Notes: generated by a model from the letters alone, not told the origin. 64,000 bases of DNA from an uncultured virus (IMG/VR IMGVR_UViG_3300026196_000001) (IMGVR_UViG_3300026196_000001), one strand, 5' to 3'. Numbered from the stretch's first letter, positions 46,854-57,950 are shown. Numbers and translations: made by a program.

Positions 46854-47843
46854 ATGCCTTACAGCCAGCCGGGTCGCGGTGACGTCCATGTCGATCGCCC
46901 ACTGACCCAGATCTCGATCGCCTATCTGCAAAGCGCAGATGCGTTCATCGCCGACAGGGTGTTCCCCATCGTCGACGTCCAGAAGCAGTCCGACAAATAC
47001 TTCCTCTTCGATCGCGGGGACTTCTTCCGCGACGAGATGCAGCTCAACGCTCCCGGAGCCGTCGCCGCCGAGGCGAACTACAAGCTCAGCACGGACAGCT
47101 ACAGCTGCGACGTGTGGAAGCTCGCCAAGGCCCTCGCCGATCAGGTTCGCGCCAACTACGATTCGCCCCTCGACGCGGATCGCGAGATGACCGAGTTCCT
47201 GACCCTCAAGGGTCTCATCCGGAAGGAGAAGCTCTTCGCGAGCACCTACTTCACCTCCGGTGTCTGGACCGGTGACCAGACGGGCGTCTCGGGCGCACCG
47301 GGTGCGAACCAGTTCCAGCGGTGGGACGAAGCGGCCTCGACCCCGATCGAGGACATCCGCACGTATCGCCGCACCGTCCAGGAGCGCACGGGCTACAAGC
47401 CCAACAAGCTCGTCCTCGGACGCGCGGTCTACGACGCGCTGCTCGACCATCCCGACATCGTCGGTCGCCTCGACAGGGGCCAGACCACGGGTCCGGCCAT
47501 GGTCATGCGCCAGAACCTCGCCGCTCTCTTCGAGCTGGACGAAGTCCTGGTCATGGACAGCGTCGAGAACACCGCCGCCGAAGGCGCGACGGACAGCATC
47601 TCGTTCATCGGTGGCAAGTCCGCCCTCCTGGTCTACGCAGCGCCGTCTCCCGGCCTGATGCAGCCCAGCGGTGGCTACACCTTCTCCTGGTCCGGACTCC
47701 TCGGAGCCGGAGCCCTCGGCACCCGGATGCGCAAGCTCCGCGACGACCGCGCCGAGGCCGACCGCCTGGAGATCAGCATGGCCTTCACGCACAAGCTCGT
47801 GAGCGCAGATCTCGGTCTGTTCATGATCACGGCCGTGAACTAG
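46854..47843 (+). CDS. Major capsid protein
   Basis: VDRPLTQISIAY, FIADRVFP.V.V.KQSDKY, PN.LVLG, GYTF.W; strong RBS. Confidence 0.9.
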   Translation: MPYSQPGRGDVHVDRPLTQISIAYLQSADAFIADRVFPIVDVQKQSDKYFLFDRGDFFRDEMQLNAPGAVAAEANYKLSTDSYSCDVWKLAKALADQVRANYDSPLDADREMTEFLTLKGLIRKEKLFASTYFTSGVWTGDQTGVSGAPGANQFQRWDEAASTPIEDIRTYRRTVQERTGYKPNKLVLGRAVYDALLDHPDIVGRLDRGQTTGPAMVMRQNLAALFELDEVLVMDSVENTAAEGATDSISFIGGKSALLVYAAPSPGLMQPSGGYTFSWSGLLGAGALGTRMRKLRDDRAEADRLEISMAFTHKLVSADLGLFMITAVN

Positions 47844-47882
47844 GCCTGACGCCCGCACTTAGGACCGTCATAGTTCCGACCG

Positions 47883-47913
47883 CCCTCTCCCTGGGTAGCT
47901 CCAGGGGGAGAGG
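47883..47913 (+). terminator. GC hairpin after capsid gene (no U-tract)
   Basis: CCTCTCCCTGG...CCAGGGGGAGAGG. Confidence 0.45.
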
Positions 47914-47947
47914 TGATTGACACAGCAACACCACCAAGGAAGCCACC

Positions 47948-48421
47948 ATGAGAAACTGGAAGGAGAGATGGGACCCGGACGCGGAATACGTGTTCCTCAA
48001 GCGTCTCAAGCTGGGGCTCGACCCCAAGAACCCCTGGGTCCTCCCAGGAGACCCCGTCCCGAAGGATGAGCTTGGGCTACGCCGCCTGCACCGGTGGTGG
48101 GACGCTCAGATCATCGGCCTCGACAAGGAGCGCGTCGACGCGCCGAAGCCTCGCATCGTGCGCATCACGCAGAACTGCTTCGAGGTCCGCGTCCCCGGCA
48201 AGAAGATCATCCGCGTCAACGACAAGCAAGAAGCCGAGGGCGTCCTCCGGGCGATCACCGGCGAGCTGGACAACTCCAAGCCGCAGGACGACAGCCTGGA
48301 GCTGCCCTACATCCAGCGCCTGAACAAGCTCATGTGGGCGCTGCACACCAAGGACGGAGTCGAGAAGATCAAGGGCGCGGACAACGCCATGCAGCGACTC
48401 CACGAGGTAGCGAATGGCTGA
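47948..48421 (+). CDS. Hypothetical virion-module protein
   Basis: AAGGA RBS, position. Confidence 0.7.
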   Translation: MRNWKERWDPDAEYVFLKRLKLGLDPKNPWVLPGDPVPKDELGLRRLHRWWDAQIIGLDKERVDAPKPRIVRITQNCFEVRVPGKKIIRVNDKQEAEGVLRAITGELDNSKPQDDSLELPYIQRLNKLMWALHTKDGVEKIKGADNAMQRLHEVANG

Positions 48422-48803
48422 CCAGCTGAGCCGACTGAAGCGTGAGATGGAGGACTTCGTCAACAAAGCTGTCAGGAAGCTCTCGCTGGAGATCGTTGCC
48501 AACCTCACGGCTCCGCCCAGCTCGGGCGGAACGCCGGTCGACACCGGCTGGGCACGCTCGAACTGGATCCCGGCGATCGGAGTGCCTGTGCGAGACCCCG
48601 CCGGATCACGAAGCGCCGTGACAACTTCCGCCCAGCAGGCCGGAGTCGCCAGCCTGCTGAGCTACACCAGAGACAAAGGCACCGTGTTCATCTCGAACAA
48701 CGTGCACTACATCAACAAGCTGAACGCAGGCTCCAGTAGCCAAGCCCCTGCCGGGTTCGTTCAAGTCGCAATCATCAAAGCCATCGGAAGCCTTCAGAAG
48801 TGA
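48414..48803 (+). CDS. HK97 gp10-like tail completion protein
   Basis: TPVDTG.AR.NW, ISNNV.YI..LN.GSS.QAPAGFV. Confidence 0.85.
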   Translation: MADQLSRLKREMEDFVNKAVRKLSLEIVANLTAPPSSGGTPVDTGWARSNWIPAIGVPVRDPAGSRSAVTTSAQQAGVASLLSYTRDKGTVFISNNVHYINKLNAGSSSQAPAGFVQVAIIKAIGSLQK

Positions 48804-49204
48804 CGACGTTTGCCGCAGCCAAAGAGAGCATCTACCAGCAGTTCGTGACTGACTGGGGCTCGGCGTCTGCCTACACGTTCGACAACGAGAAGTTTGACCC
48901 CCCGTCGGATGCACCGTGGGTGCGCGTCGCGGTCCGCCACGCCGCCAGCAGGCAGGTCTGCTTGGGTGGTGTCGGCAACAGGAAGTTTGATCGCGATGGG
49001 CTCGTTCTGATCCAGGTGTTTGGCCGACTGGATCGCGGAACCAAGGAGGTGGACGACCTCGTGGAGAAAGCACTGGCCATCTATGAGGGAAAGACGATCG
49101 ACCTGATCAGGTTCATCAGCACCGTGCCGAGAGAGATCGGTCCGATCGACGGGTGGTATATGGCCACCCTGGATGCCCAGTTCACCTGGACGGAGAAGAA
49201 ATAA
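48800..49204 (+). CDS. Tail terminator-like protein
   Basis: N..F.PP...PWVR, G...IQVF. Confidence 0.78.
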   Translation: MTTFAAAKESIYQQFVTDWGSASAYTFDNEKFDPPSDAPWVRVAVRHAASRQVCLGGVGNRKFDRDGLVLIQVFGRLDRGTKEVDDLVEKALAIYEGKTIDLIRFISTVPREIGPIDGWYMATLDAQFTWTEKK

Positions 49205-49205
49205 C

Positions 49206-50786
49206 ATGGCAAAGGTATCAACCAACAACACCTCGTTCCAGTATGCGATCGAGTCCTCGCTGGGCGTCCTCCCGGGTTCGCCGATCTGGAAGCTGATGGA
49301 GCCGGACGACATTCCGTCCTTCGGTGCCACGCTCACGACTGTCGCACGTCGCCCGATCTCGAAGGACCGCGGTCGCCGCAAGGGCACCGTCACCAACCTG
49401 GAGTCCACGCCCGAGTTCGACGGCGACCTGACGCTGGAGTCGATGGAGGACTTCCTCGAAGGCTTCCTCTACGCCGAGTTCGCGAACGTCGAGTTCGACC
49501 TCAAGAGCGGCAGCGCCACGGTGCCGCCGCCCGTCGCCTCGGCGACCACGTGGACTGTCGACAGCGTGTCGACCCTCCTGGCAGGCAAGATGCAGTTCGT
49601 CGCACTCGGCCCCTGGCCTCTCGTCTATGCGAAGGGCTACACCAACAGCGCCAACAACGGCCTGCACCAGATCACCGTCGACCCGACCGCCACGGACACC
49701 ACGCTGACGACCGACAGCGCCCTGGTGGCCGAGACCCCGAGCACGAACGCCAGCCTGCAATACTGCGGCGTCCGCTCCGCGATCGGTGACCTCGCCCTGA
49801 CTGTGTCGGGCTCCACCGCCACGATCGTGTCGGCCGCGGACATCACCGACTGGGCCACGCTCGGCCTCCAGGCTGGCATGTATATCCACATCGGCTCGGA
49901 CGACGGCACCGGTGGACGCCAGAACACCTTCGACGACGGCTCCGGCAACGACGTCTACGGCTTCGCTCGGATCTCCTCGATCTCGGGTGCGACGCTGAAC
50001 CTCGACAAGATCGACATCAAGCTCAGCACCTCGGACGCCGCGAACGCCACGCTGGTCGACATCATGTTCGGCCGCTGGGCTCGCAACGTGCAGGTCACGG
50101 CAGACGCGGACGACAACCGCTACCTGGAGCGCAGCTACCAGTTCGAGGGGACCTTCCCTGACCTCGGCGGCGTCGGCACCGATGAGTATGAGTATGCCAT
50201 CGGCAACCTCGCGAACCAGATCGAACTGAACGTCCCGCTCGCTGACAAGGCCACCGTCTCCTGGGGCTTCGTCGGGCTCAGCGTCGATGACATCACCGCA
50301 ACCCGGAAGACCGGCGCTGCTTCGGCGATCGAGCCTCTGCGCACGACCGCCCTGAACACCGGCCTGAACCTCGTCAGCATCACCACGGACGTCATCAGCG
50401 CAGTCTCCGACGTCTGCTTCAAGTCGCTGACGCTCACCATCAACAACAACGCGTCCCCGGAGCAGTGCCTCGGGGTGGTCGGGGCCAGCTTCATCAACTC
50501 CGGCCTGTTCGAGGTGAGCCTCTCCGGGCAGATGCTCTTCACCAACAAGGCGATCGTCAACGCCGTGAAGAACAACACCACAGTCACCTTCGCCGCCATC
50601 CTGGCGAACGAGGATGGAGCAATCGCGATCGACATGCCGACTCTGACGTTCGGTGACGGATCGCGCGAGTTCCCGGTCGACCAGAGCGTTCTGGTCAACG
50701 TCACCGGCGAGACGTTCAAGGGGAGCGTCTTCGACCACGAGATCGGCATCACGATGCTCGCCAGCGTGCCGACCGATCGCACCTAA
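49206..50786 (+). CDS. Major tail tube protein
   Basis: R.PI...R.RRKG, position before chaperone and tape measure. Confidence 0.8.
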   Translation: MAKVSTNNTSFQYAIESSLGVLPGSPIWKLMEPDDIPSFGATLTTVARRPISKDRGRRKGTVTNLESTPEFDGDLTLESMEDFLEGFLYAEFANVEFDLKSGSATVPPPVASATTWTVDSVSTLLAGKMQFVALGPWPLVYAKGYTNSANNGLHQITVDPTATDTTLTTDSALVAETPSTNASLQYCGVRSAIGDLALTVSGSTATIVSAADITDWATLGLQAGMYIHIGSDDGTGGRQNTFDDGSGNDVYGFARISSISGATLNLDKIDIKLSTSDAANATLVDIMFGRWARNVQVTADADDNRYLERSYQFEGTFPDLGGVGTDEYEYAIGNLANQIELNVPLADKATVSWGFVGLSVDDITATRKTGAASAIEPLRTTALNTGLNLVSITTDVISAVSDVCFKSLTLTINNNASPEQCLGVVGASFINSGLFEVSLSGQMLFTNKAIVNAVKNNTTVTFAAILANEDGAIAIDMPTLTFGDGSREFPVDQSVLVNVTGETFKGSVFDHEIGITMLASVPTDRT

Positions 50787-50809
50787 ACCCCAACCAAAGG
50801 CCACCAACG

Positions 50810-51250
50810 ATGAGTAAGTTCGCTCACCTCTCACAGCTCGATGTCTCCGGGAAGACCGCCTGGATGGACCTGGACGACATCGAGGGAACCCCTCGGCTCT
50901 GTATCCGCTACGCCGGACAGTCCAACAGCGGCTACTACAACGCCCTCCTGAAGCGCTCAGGCGGACGCAGCCGCAAGGTCCTTACCGGACAGATGGACGT
51001 CCAGATGATCGTGGACAGCCTCGACGACGATCGCGAGCTGTTCCCGATGCACGTCATCACCGGCTGGGAAGGAGTCAAGGACATGGACGGGAACGACGTC
51101 CCGTTCACCCGTTCAGCCTGCGCCGAGTTCTGCGCCGCGCTGCCGGACTGGATCTTCGACAAGATCCGGAACTTCGCCTCCATGCCGCACCGCTTCCTCG
51201 CCCCAGGTGAGGAGCCTGCACCGGACGCAGAGGAGCTGGGGGGAAACTAA
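50810..51250 (+). CDS. Tail assembly chaperone (gpG-like)
   Basis: ITGWEGV.D.DG..VPF; ends in slippery GGGAAAC-TAA. Confidence 0.85.
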   Translation: MSKFAHLSQLDVSGKTAWMDLDDIEGTPRLCIRYAGQSNSGYYNALLKRSGGRSRKVLTGQMDVQMIVDSLDDDRELFPMHVITGWEGVKDMDGNDVPFTRSACAEFCAALPDWIFDKIRNFASMPHRFLAPGEEPAPDAEELGGN

Positions 51251-51585
51251 GGAAGCGCCTTCTGTATGACCTGCGAATCGCGAGAGACGGCTGGGCGATC
51301 GAGTCCGGCCAGTATCAGCAGACCAGCGCAGGGCAGAAGGCGCTGCCGAAATGGTATACGGATGAGCCCATCCTCTACCGCGGCGACGAGTTCTACATCC
51401 GAGCCTTCTGGGAGCTTTCGAGCTGCCGCCAGTTCGGGCACGTCGTCGGGCCGATCCCATGGCATCGGATCGTCCAGTATGCCCAGCTCTACCGGCTGGA
51501 CCCAGACATGCTGGACGTGTTCACTGTCGTGATTCGGGAGATGGATGAGGAGTATCTGAGTATGCAGCGAGAGAAGACGAAGTGA
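51247..51585 (+). CDS. -1 frameshift extension of tail chaperone (gpGT-like)
   Basis: -1 frame open to 51585: AFWELSSCRQFG..GPIPW..I.QYA; no suitable own start. Confidence 0.85.
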   Translation, partial: LRKRLLYDLRIARDGWAIESGQYQQTSAGQKALPKWYTDEPILYRGDEFYIRAFWELSSCRQFGHVVGPIPWHRIVQYAQLYRLDPDMLDVFTVVIREMDEEYLSMQREKTK

Positions 51586-54302
51586 CCGACTTCAACATCA
51601 ACATCAACGTGAACACCAAGGGTGCAGCGGCTGGCCTGAACAAGGTCAACCGCGGCGTCAATCGCCTGAGCAAGAGCGCTAATCGCGCACACGGCAGCCT
51701 CGGTCGCATGTTCTCCTTGCTCGTCGCTGTCCGTAGTGTCCGTTCTGGTGTGCGGGTCCTCGCGGACTACAGTGACGCTATCCAGACCATCTCTGCTGTC
51801 ACCGGCGAGACCGGCGCACAGCTTGAGCGTCTGAATCAGACCGCCAAGAAGCTTGGCATCACCACGAGCTTCACAGCCACACAGGCTGCTGAGGGCCTGA
51901 CCCTCCTCGCTCGGGCAGGCTTCAGCGTGGACGAGTCCATCGCCGCAATCCCGGCGACCCTGAATCTCGCGAAGGCCGGAGCCATCGGGCTCGCGCAGGC
52001 CACGGAGATCGCCGCGAACACACTGCGCGCGTTCGGCATCGAAGCCGAGAACACCAGCAGGGTGGTGGACGTCCTCGCCCTGACGGCCAACACCACCAAC
52101 ACCAACATCACCCAGCTCGGACAGTCCATGAAGTTCGCAGCCCCCATTGCACGCTCTCTGGGTGTGTCGCTGGAGGCTACCGGATCAGCACTTGGAGTTC
52201 TTGCCGACTCCGGCATCAAGGGATCGCTCAGCGGCACCAGCCTGCGGCAGGTCATGGCGTCCCTGGAGGCACCAACCCGCAAAGCGCAACGCGCCCTCGC
52301 CAGCCTCGGCCTGAGCGTCGAGGATGTCCAGGTCTCCAGCGTAGGCCTTGCAGGTGCGTTCAAGGCCCTCGCAGCTAGCGGTGCCACCCCGACCGAGATC
52401 TTCGCCCTGTTCACGCGGCGCTCCAGCACAGCCGCGTCAGTCCTGCTGGAGAATGTGCAGCGTCTCGAACAGCTGGATGTCGCACTCAACAATGCCGCAG
52501 GCACCGGAGCACGCATGGCTGAGGTCATGGATGAAGGCCTGGGCAAGGCACTGCTCCGCGTCAAGTCTGCCATCCAGGGTGGAATCATCGCCCTCGGCGA
52601 CTCCGGAATCACCGCACTGCTTGTGGAGCAGTTCGACAACCTCGCACTTCGTCTGCGCGCCGTCGCTGGCAACCTCGCTACGGTGGGCAAATACCTCGAC
52701 GACCTTGGCCTCCTGACGAACACCACCGCCAAGAATCTCCGCGAGATGGAGAAGGCGGCCCGCCTGAACGAGCTAGGTGCGCAAATCTCATTCGCCACGC
52801 GCGAGATGAACAACCTGAACCGCGCCATCCAGGAGCAGGAGAGCCGGGGCGGCAGCGCCACTGCTGGGCAGATCGCCCGGCTGGAGCAGCTGCAAGCAGC
52901 CATCGACGCCACGAAGCAGAAGATCAGGGAGCAGGCGGACGCGCAGAAGGTGCTCAACGACATCAGGGAGGCCGCGAAGCCTACCGTAGACTCGCTTCTG
53001 GCAAGGCTGGAGCGGCAGAAGGCGGCCCTGGCTGACCTGACCGAAGAGACGAAGATCCAGGCCAGGACACAGGACGAAGTGTCGCGGCTACTCCTCGCCG
53101 GAGAGAAGGTGTCTCCCGCTCAGAGGGAAGCGATCGCCAACTCGCTCAAGGAGATCGAGGCACTCAAACAGAAGCGCGCGGCGCTGGAGTCGATCCTCGG
53201 GCCGCAGATGAAGAACGAGCAGCAGCTGGCGGCATTCAAGGCTCTTCTCGACGAAGGCGTCATCTCCCTCAGCCAGTTCAGGGATGCCACGGCTGGGCTC
53301 GCTGCCGCTGATCCGTTCCAGACCCAGGTGGAATCCCTGCGACAGGCGAATGAGCAGTTGCAGATCAGGGCGAACAACCAGGGGATCCAGGAGCGCCAGC
53401 TCCTGATCGAGCTGGAGCTTCGCAGGCAGGGTAAGGAGCTGACCGACGCGGAGCGCGACTCCCTCACTGGGCTTCTGACCGAGCACCAGAAGCTGACCGA
53501 TAAGCTCAACGAACAGGCGAAGGCCGAGCGCGAACGGCAGGCTGCCGCCTCCAGGGCCGCGGCACTGGCCGACGCAGAGGCACGCCGGAAGGCCAACCTC
53601 ATCAAGGAGCTGGACGTCACCGGCCAGCTCATCGAGAAGGAGCGCGAACTGCTGGCGCTGCGCGAGGAGTTCCCACTGCTCGCAGACGAGATCAATCGGA
53701 AGCTGGAGGACATCCAGTTGCGCGCGCTGGAGTCGAGCACGGCTCTGGGCGACGGCTTCACGAGGGCACTCATCAAGGTCCGCCGCGAGGCTGAAGACCT
53801 CGCCTCCGTCGGCGAGAGCATCGTGAACGCGTTCGCGGATCAGGCCACGGAAGCCCTGGTCAAGTTCGCCGAGACCGGACAGTTCAAGTTCAAGGAGTTC
53901 GCCAGCGCGATCCTGAAGGACATTACGAGAATCATCGCTAGGCTCCTGGTCATGCAGGCCATCTCCGCTGCACTTGGTGGCGTTGGTGGAGGCGGCGTCG
54001 TGGCCGGGGGCTCAGCACTTACTGGTCTGGCGGGACGAGAGAGTGGCGGCACGGTCCAGCCCGAGCGCTCATTCATCGTCGGCGAAAACGGACCGGAGCT
54101 GTTCACCCCGAACAAGACCGGCACGATCACCCCGAGCGCGGCAACGCAGGCGCAGAATGCTCAGCCGCAGCCGGTGACGGTGCAGGTCGTCAACGTGGAC
54201 GACCCGGAGATGGTCCCGCAGAGTATCAACGACGGCAGCAGCGACGAGGCCATCATCAACGTGCTGTCCAGAAATCGTGACAAGCTGAGAGGCATCCTGT
54301 AA
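51582..54302 (+). CDS. Tape measure protein (TP901-like core)
   Basis: T.FTATQAAEG...LARAG, LADSGIKGS..GT.LR, C-terminal VGENGPELF.P. Confidence 0.93.
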   Translation: MTDFNININVNTKGAAAGLNKVNRGVNRLSKSANRAHGSLGRMFSLLVAVRSVRSGVRVLADYSDAIQTISAVTGETGAQLERLNQTAKKLGITTSFTATQAAEGLTLLARAGFSVDESIAAIPATLNLAKAGAIGLAQATEIAANTLRAFGIEAENTSRVVDVLALTANTTNTNITQLGQSMKFAAPIARSLGVSLEATGSALGVLADSGIKGSLSGTSLRQVMASLEAPTRKAQRALASLGLSVEDVQVSSVGLAGAFKALAASGATPTEIFALFTRRSSTAASVLLENVQRLEQLDVALNNAAGTGARMAEVMDEGLGKALLRVKSAIQGGIIALGDSGITALLVEQFDNLALRLRAVAGNLATVGKYLDDLGLLTNTTAKNLREMEKAARLNELGAQISFATREMNNLNRAIQEQESRGGSATAGQIARLEQLQAAIDATKQKIREQADAQKVLNDIREAAKPTVDSLLARLERQKAALADLTEETKIQARTQDEVSRLLLAGEKVSPAQREAIANSLKEIEALKQKRAALESILGPQMKNEQQLAAFKALLDEGVISLSQFRDATAGLAAADPFQTQVESLRQANEQLQIRANNQGIQERQLLIELELRRQGKELTDAERDSLTGLLTEHQKLTDKLNEQAKAERERQAAASRAAALADAEARRKANLIKELDVTGQLIEKERELLALREEFPLLADEINRKLEDIQLRALESSTALGDGFTRALIKVRREAEDLASVGESIVNAFADQATEALVKFAETGQFKFKEFASAILKDITRIIARLLVMQAISAALGGVGGGGVVAGGSALTGLAGRESGGTVQPERSFIVGENGPELFTPNKTGTITPSAATQAQNAQPQPVTVQVVNVDDPEMVPQSINDGSSDEAIINVLSRNRDKLRGIL

Positions 54303-55951
54303 TGGCATTCCAACGTGAAGTAGGCAGCGGCGTCAACCGCGCAACGGACTATCGGGACCTCTGCTGCAAGATCGTCGGAATGGCCACGAGTCAGCACGTC
54401 GCGACCGTCGCAGTCAACGCGGGTGGCACCGGCTACACCGTCGGCGATCTCCTCACCCTCACGCACGCGGGAGCACTGCTCGATGCGCGCTTCGAGGTCA
54501 CCTCCGTCTCCGCCGGAGTCATCACCGGGCTCCGCATCATCGACAGCGGTGCCTTCTCGAACCGGGTCGCCTCTGCCGTAGTGGGCAGTTCCGGCGGGTC
54601 CGGCTATGCGGTGGGCGACATCCTGGAGCTTCAGGGCGGCACGCAGCGCGAGAAGGCCAAGGTGAAGGTTGCCACACTGAGTGGCTCAGCCGTCGCCACC
54701 GTCACGGTCTTCGAGAACGGTGGGGCCTACACGGTTGCCCCGAGCGCCTCCGACACCACCGTCGGCATCGGGCCAGGAGCCTACGCCGGGGATGACGCCT
54801 GCACGATCACCCCGACCATGACCGGCATGATCGGCACCACCGGGCTCTCTGTCACCGGAGGCACCGGCAGCTCGGCCACCGTCGACATCACACTGGCAGA
54901 GACCGGCTGGACGGTCGACGACCGGAACACCAACGACCGCACCGAGAACGGCCTGACGGACGAGAAGGAAGTCGTCCTCGTGGGCGATGCAACGGGGCTG
55001 ACGAACAAGCCCTACGTCGGCATGATCACGGCCAACCGCACCAGCGGCATCGACACGCGCTACTCGATCGCCATCAACGGAATGGTGGCCCACAATCCGA
55101 GCCTAGCGATCCACCAGTCTCCGCTGATCTACCCGAGCATCAACACCTCCACCGGGCTCCTACAGACCGGGTCCTACCTGCTGTGCCCGCAGAATCAGGC
55201 GCAGGAGATCGACTTCTGGTTCTCGATCGACGCCTTCCGCATCATGGTTGTCACCAACAACAACCCGGCCGCCGCGAACACCGACAACGGTGAATACATG
55301 CGGATGCACATGGGACTGATGAACAGCTATGGGACGGAGAACGAGAACCCCTACCCGATGATGGTGGGTGCTAGCTCGCGCCTGCCGGAGATCGACCCCG
55401 CGTCCTCCAACCTCAGCATCTCCGGGCTTCCGGAGTGTATCTGCCCGACCTCGACGACCCCCGCATGGTTCTGGTATGAGGCCGAGAACAGCGTGTGGCG
55501 CGAGATCGAGAACGGAGAGAACGCAGCGACCGGGGGCGACCACTTCTACGTCGCCTACCCGTTCGGCGACTTGGCTCGACTTAGTTCGTCCTCATCGGCA
55601 GACAAGATCGTCGATGCGGGACCGATCGAGACGTTCGAGACCTGGGCTACCGTGACTCGCGGATCACCAAGCGCGAAGCTACGCCCCATCCCCGGATCCA
55701 CTCCGCAGATCTTCCTGTGGCCGATCAACATCATCCGCCGTGCCGGAGGGGTGGCGAGTAACGCGATCGAGGACGGCCCCCGTGGGGAGGTGCGCGGCAT
55801 GTTCTTCCTGACGGCCACCGACTCCAGCGGGAACCAGATCTCGAACTTCAGTGAGGACTACATCACGATCGGGTCCGACCGCTACCGGGTATTCCACAAC
55901 CACGTGCACACGCAGCGCTACCAATACATCTGTCTGCTGGAGGATGTGTAG
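54302..55951 (+). CDS. Tail structural protein
   Basis: After TMP; GGTGYTVGD/GSGYAVGD repeats; GEV.G.F...SED.I. Confidence 0.75.
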   Translation: MAFQREVGSGVNRATDYRDLCCKIVGMATSQHVATVAVNAGGTGYTVGDLLTLTHAGALLDARFEVTSVSAGVITGLRIIDSGAFSNRVASAVVGSSGGSGYAVGDILELQGGTQREKAKVKVATLSGSAVATVTVFENGGAYTVAPSASDTTVGIGPGAYAGDDACTITPTMTGMIGTTGLSVTGGTGSSATVDITLAETGWTVDDRNTNDRTENGLTDEKEVVLVGDATGLTNKPYVGMITANRTSGIDTRYSIAINGMVAHNPSLAIHQSPLIYPSINTSTGLLQTGSYLLCPQNQAQEIDFWFSIDAFRIMVVTNNNPAAANTDNGEYMRMHMGLMNSYGTENENPYPMMVGASSRLPEIDPASSNLSISGLPECICPTSTTPAWFWYEAENSVWREIENGENAATGGDHFYVAYPFGDLARLSSSSSADKIVDAGPIETFETWATVTRGSPSAKLRPIPGSTPQIFLWPINIIRRAGGVASNAIEDGPRGEVRGMFFLTATDSSGNQISNFSEDYITIGSDRYRVFHNHVHTQRYQYICLLEDV

Positions 55952-55954
55952 GAC

Positions 55955-56554
55955 ATGATTTGCCGACGTTGTAGCCAAGACACTGACCGATTCGCACCTA
56001 AGCGCCGAGTCTGTCGTGACTGCCAAGCCGCAGCCACTCAGGCGTGGAGAGAGGCGAATCGTGATCGTCATCGTAAGGCATCCAGTGATTGGCAGAAGCG
56101 GAACCCTGAAAAAGCCCAAGCAAGAAATAGGCGCTGGAAGGACGCCAACCCAGAGAGACATGCAGAGGTCACATCCAAGGCACATAAGAAGCACAGGGCA
56201 TCAGGCAAAAAGTGGGCTTACGCACAGGAGCGCATGTCTAGTGATACTAACTTCCGGTTGAGAGTCATACTCCGATCTCGCCTAAACTCGGCGATGGCGG
56301 GACGACAGAAAACAGGCTCCGCAGTTCTCGATCTAGGCTGCTCAATCAGTGAGCTACGCGCGCATCTCGCAGCACAGTTCACTCCAGGCATGACATGGGA
56401 CAACTACGGCCTTCGTGGTTGGCATATTGACCACATCACACCACTGGCGTCGTTCGACCTGACCGACCGGGAACAGCTACTACAGGCGTGCCATTACTCT
56501 AATCTACAACCCCTCTGGGCGAGCGACAACCTAACCAAAGGAGCCACAGTCTAA
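55955..56554 (+). mobile_element. Free-standing HNH endonuclease gene
   Basis: MTWDNYG..GWHIDHITP...HYSNLQPLW..DN..KG; lower GC. Confidence 0.85.
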
Positions 56555-57576
56555 TGGCCTACACCAACCAGACGACGACGACCCTGCCGGACCTCATCAG
56601 CAAGCTCAACACATTCCTGGCCGCCAACGGCTGGACCACGCACCACGTCCCCGCGAGTGGGGAGTTCGCCGCGCGCAAGACAGCGACCGGTGTCGACGTC
56701 GCCCTCGCCGGACAGTGGAACACCAGCTCCGCCCTGCACATGGCGATCTACCAGTGGCACGGCGCAGCCTACAACTCCGGCGCAAGCCCATGGGCGCAGA
56801 CCAACGACAGCGGGAACGGGGCAGCCAGCACCTCCAACGCCAGCATCGTCACGGAGCGCCTGATCGGAAACGTCGGCAGCCCGTTGCAGTTCTGGTGCTT
56901 CGAGGGCGACTACTACTTCCACGTCGTGATCGAGGCAAGCGTCGGTGAGTATGTCCACTTCGGCGCAGGAAGCCTGGAGAAGTTCAATGACTGGACCGGC
57001 GGCGACTACGTCTATGGCCATCGCTTCAACGGCTCCAGCAGCACCAACTCGGCTGTGGATGCCGGAACCACGAATCTGCTCGATGGGCTGGTGAACGGGA
57101 CAAATCTGGAGAAGCACGCGGCCACGGTCTATCTGATTGGGATGCTCAACCAGCCCGCTGGTGGCATCTACGGCGTCGTCATGGGCAACCAGTCCGCTGC
57201 CAGCCTGGGCCAGGATCGGCAGAGTGTGCCGAAGGACCGTGTGCACCTTATGGGCGGCTTCCGCGGCGGACCCTCCACGCTCCAGTGGGGCATGTTCCAC
57301 GGCAACGTCGCCAGCGGCTTGCTGCCCGGCTACCCCATCACCATCTTCCACCGAGACGTTCTCGGCGGCACTCCCACCGGCGACATCGAGGGCCCTCTCG
57401 GGCGGATGCCAGACGTGCGGGGAATGAGCATCCGCAACTACGCGGGAGGCGACGAACTGGTCATCGGGAGCGACACATGGGTGGTGTTCCCGTCCTTCAA
57501 GAAGTATCCCGGCAGCGGGTCACTCGCAAACACCTCTGGCTACCAAGGCATCGCCTACAGGAAGAACACACTATGA
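56554..57576 (+). CDS. Tail structural protein
   Basis: L..FL.ANGW, HFG.G.LEK, G..PDVR, DTW.VFP, GIAYRK. Confidence 0.75.
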   Translation: MAYTNQTTTTLPDLISKLNTFLAANGWTTHHVPASGEFAARKTATGVDVALAGQWNTSSALHMAIYQWHGAAYNSGASPWAQTNDSGNGAASTSNASIVTERLIGNVGSPLQFWCFEGDYYFHVVIEASVGEYVHFGAGSLEKFNDWTGGDYVYGHRFNGSSSTNSAVDAGTTNLLDGLVNGTNLEKHAATVYLIGMLNQPAGGIYGVVMGNQSAASLGQDRQSVPKDRVHLMGGFRGGPSTLQWGMFHGNVASGLLPGYPITIFHRDVLGGTPTGDIEGPLGRMPDVRGMSIRNYAGGDELVIGSDTWVVFPSFKKYPGSGSLANTSGYQGIAYRKNTL

Positions 57577-57947
57577 CCAGTCTCATGATCGTCGTCACCT
57601 ACCTCACCGGAGCCGTCCTCGACGGCTCGATCTCGCAGGAGCCTCCCGCACCGCAGGCCGGGGACACCAGCATCCCCATCGATGGCGGATCTCTCCCCTT
57701 GCAGGGCGCGAAGAAGATCCAGGTGATCGACGACGAGGACGAGCTTCTGCTGGGCAACCCGTGGTGGAACCTGAAGATCCAGTTCGTCGACGGCATGGAG
57801 GGCTCGTTCTTCCTCCCGGAAGAGCCTTCCCTCCCACTGCCCCCGGCCGGGTTCGTGGAGCTTCAGGACGCAGACGGCCACAAGGTCTGGGTCCCGGAGG
57901 AGGCCGTGTCCAGTGCAACCTCAAACGGGCCCTACTGGCGCGGCTAG
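57573..57947 (+). CDS. Hypothetical protein
   Basis: ATGA overlap. Confidence 0.6.
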   Translation: MTSLMIVVTYLTGAVLDGSISQEPPAPQAGDTSIPIDGGSLPLQGAKKIQVIDDEDELLLGNPWWNLKIQFVDGMEGSFFLPEEPSLPLPPAGFVELQDADGHKVWVPEEAVSSATSNGPYWRG

Positions 57948-57950
57948 GAT

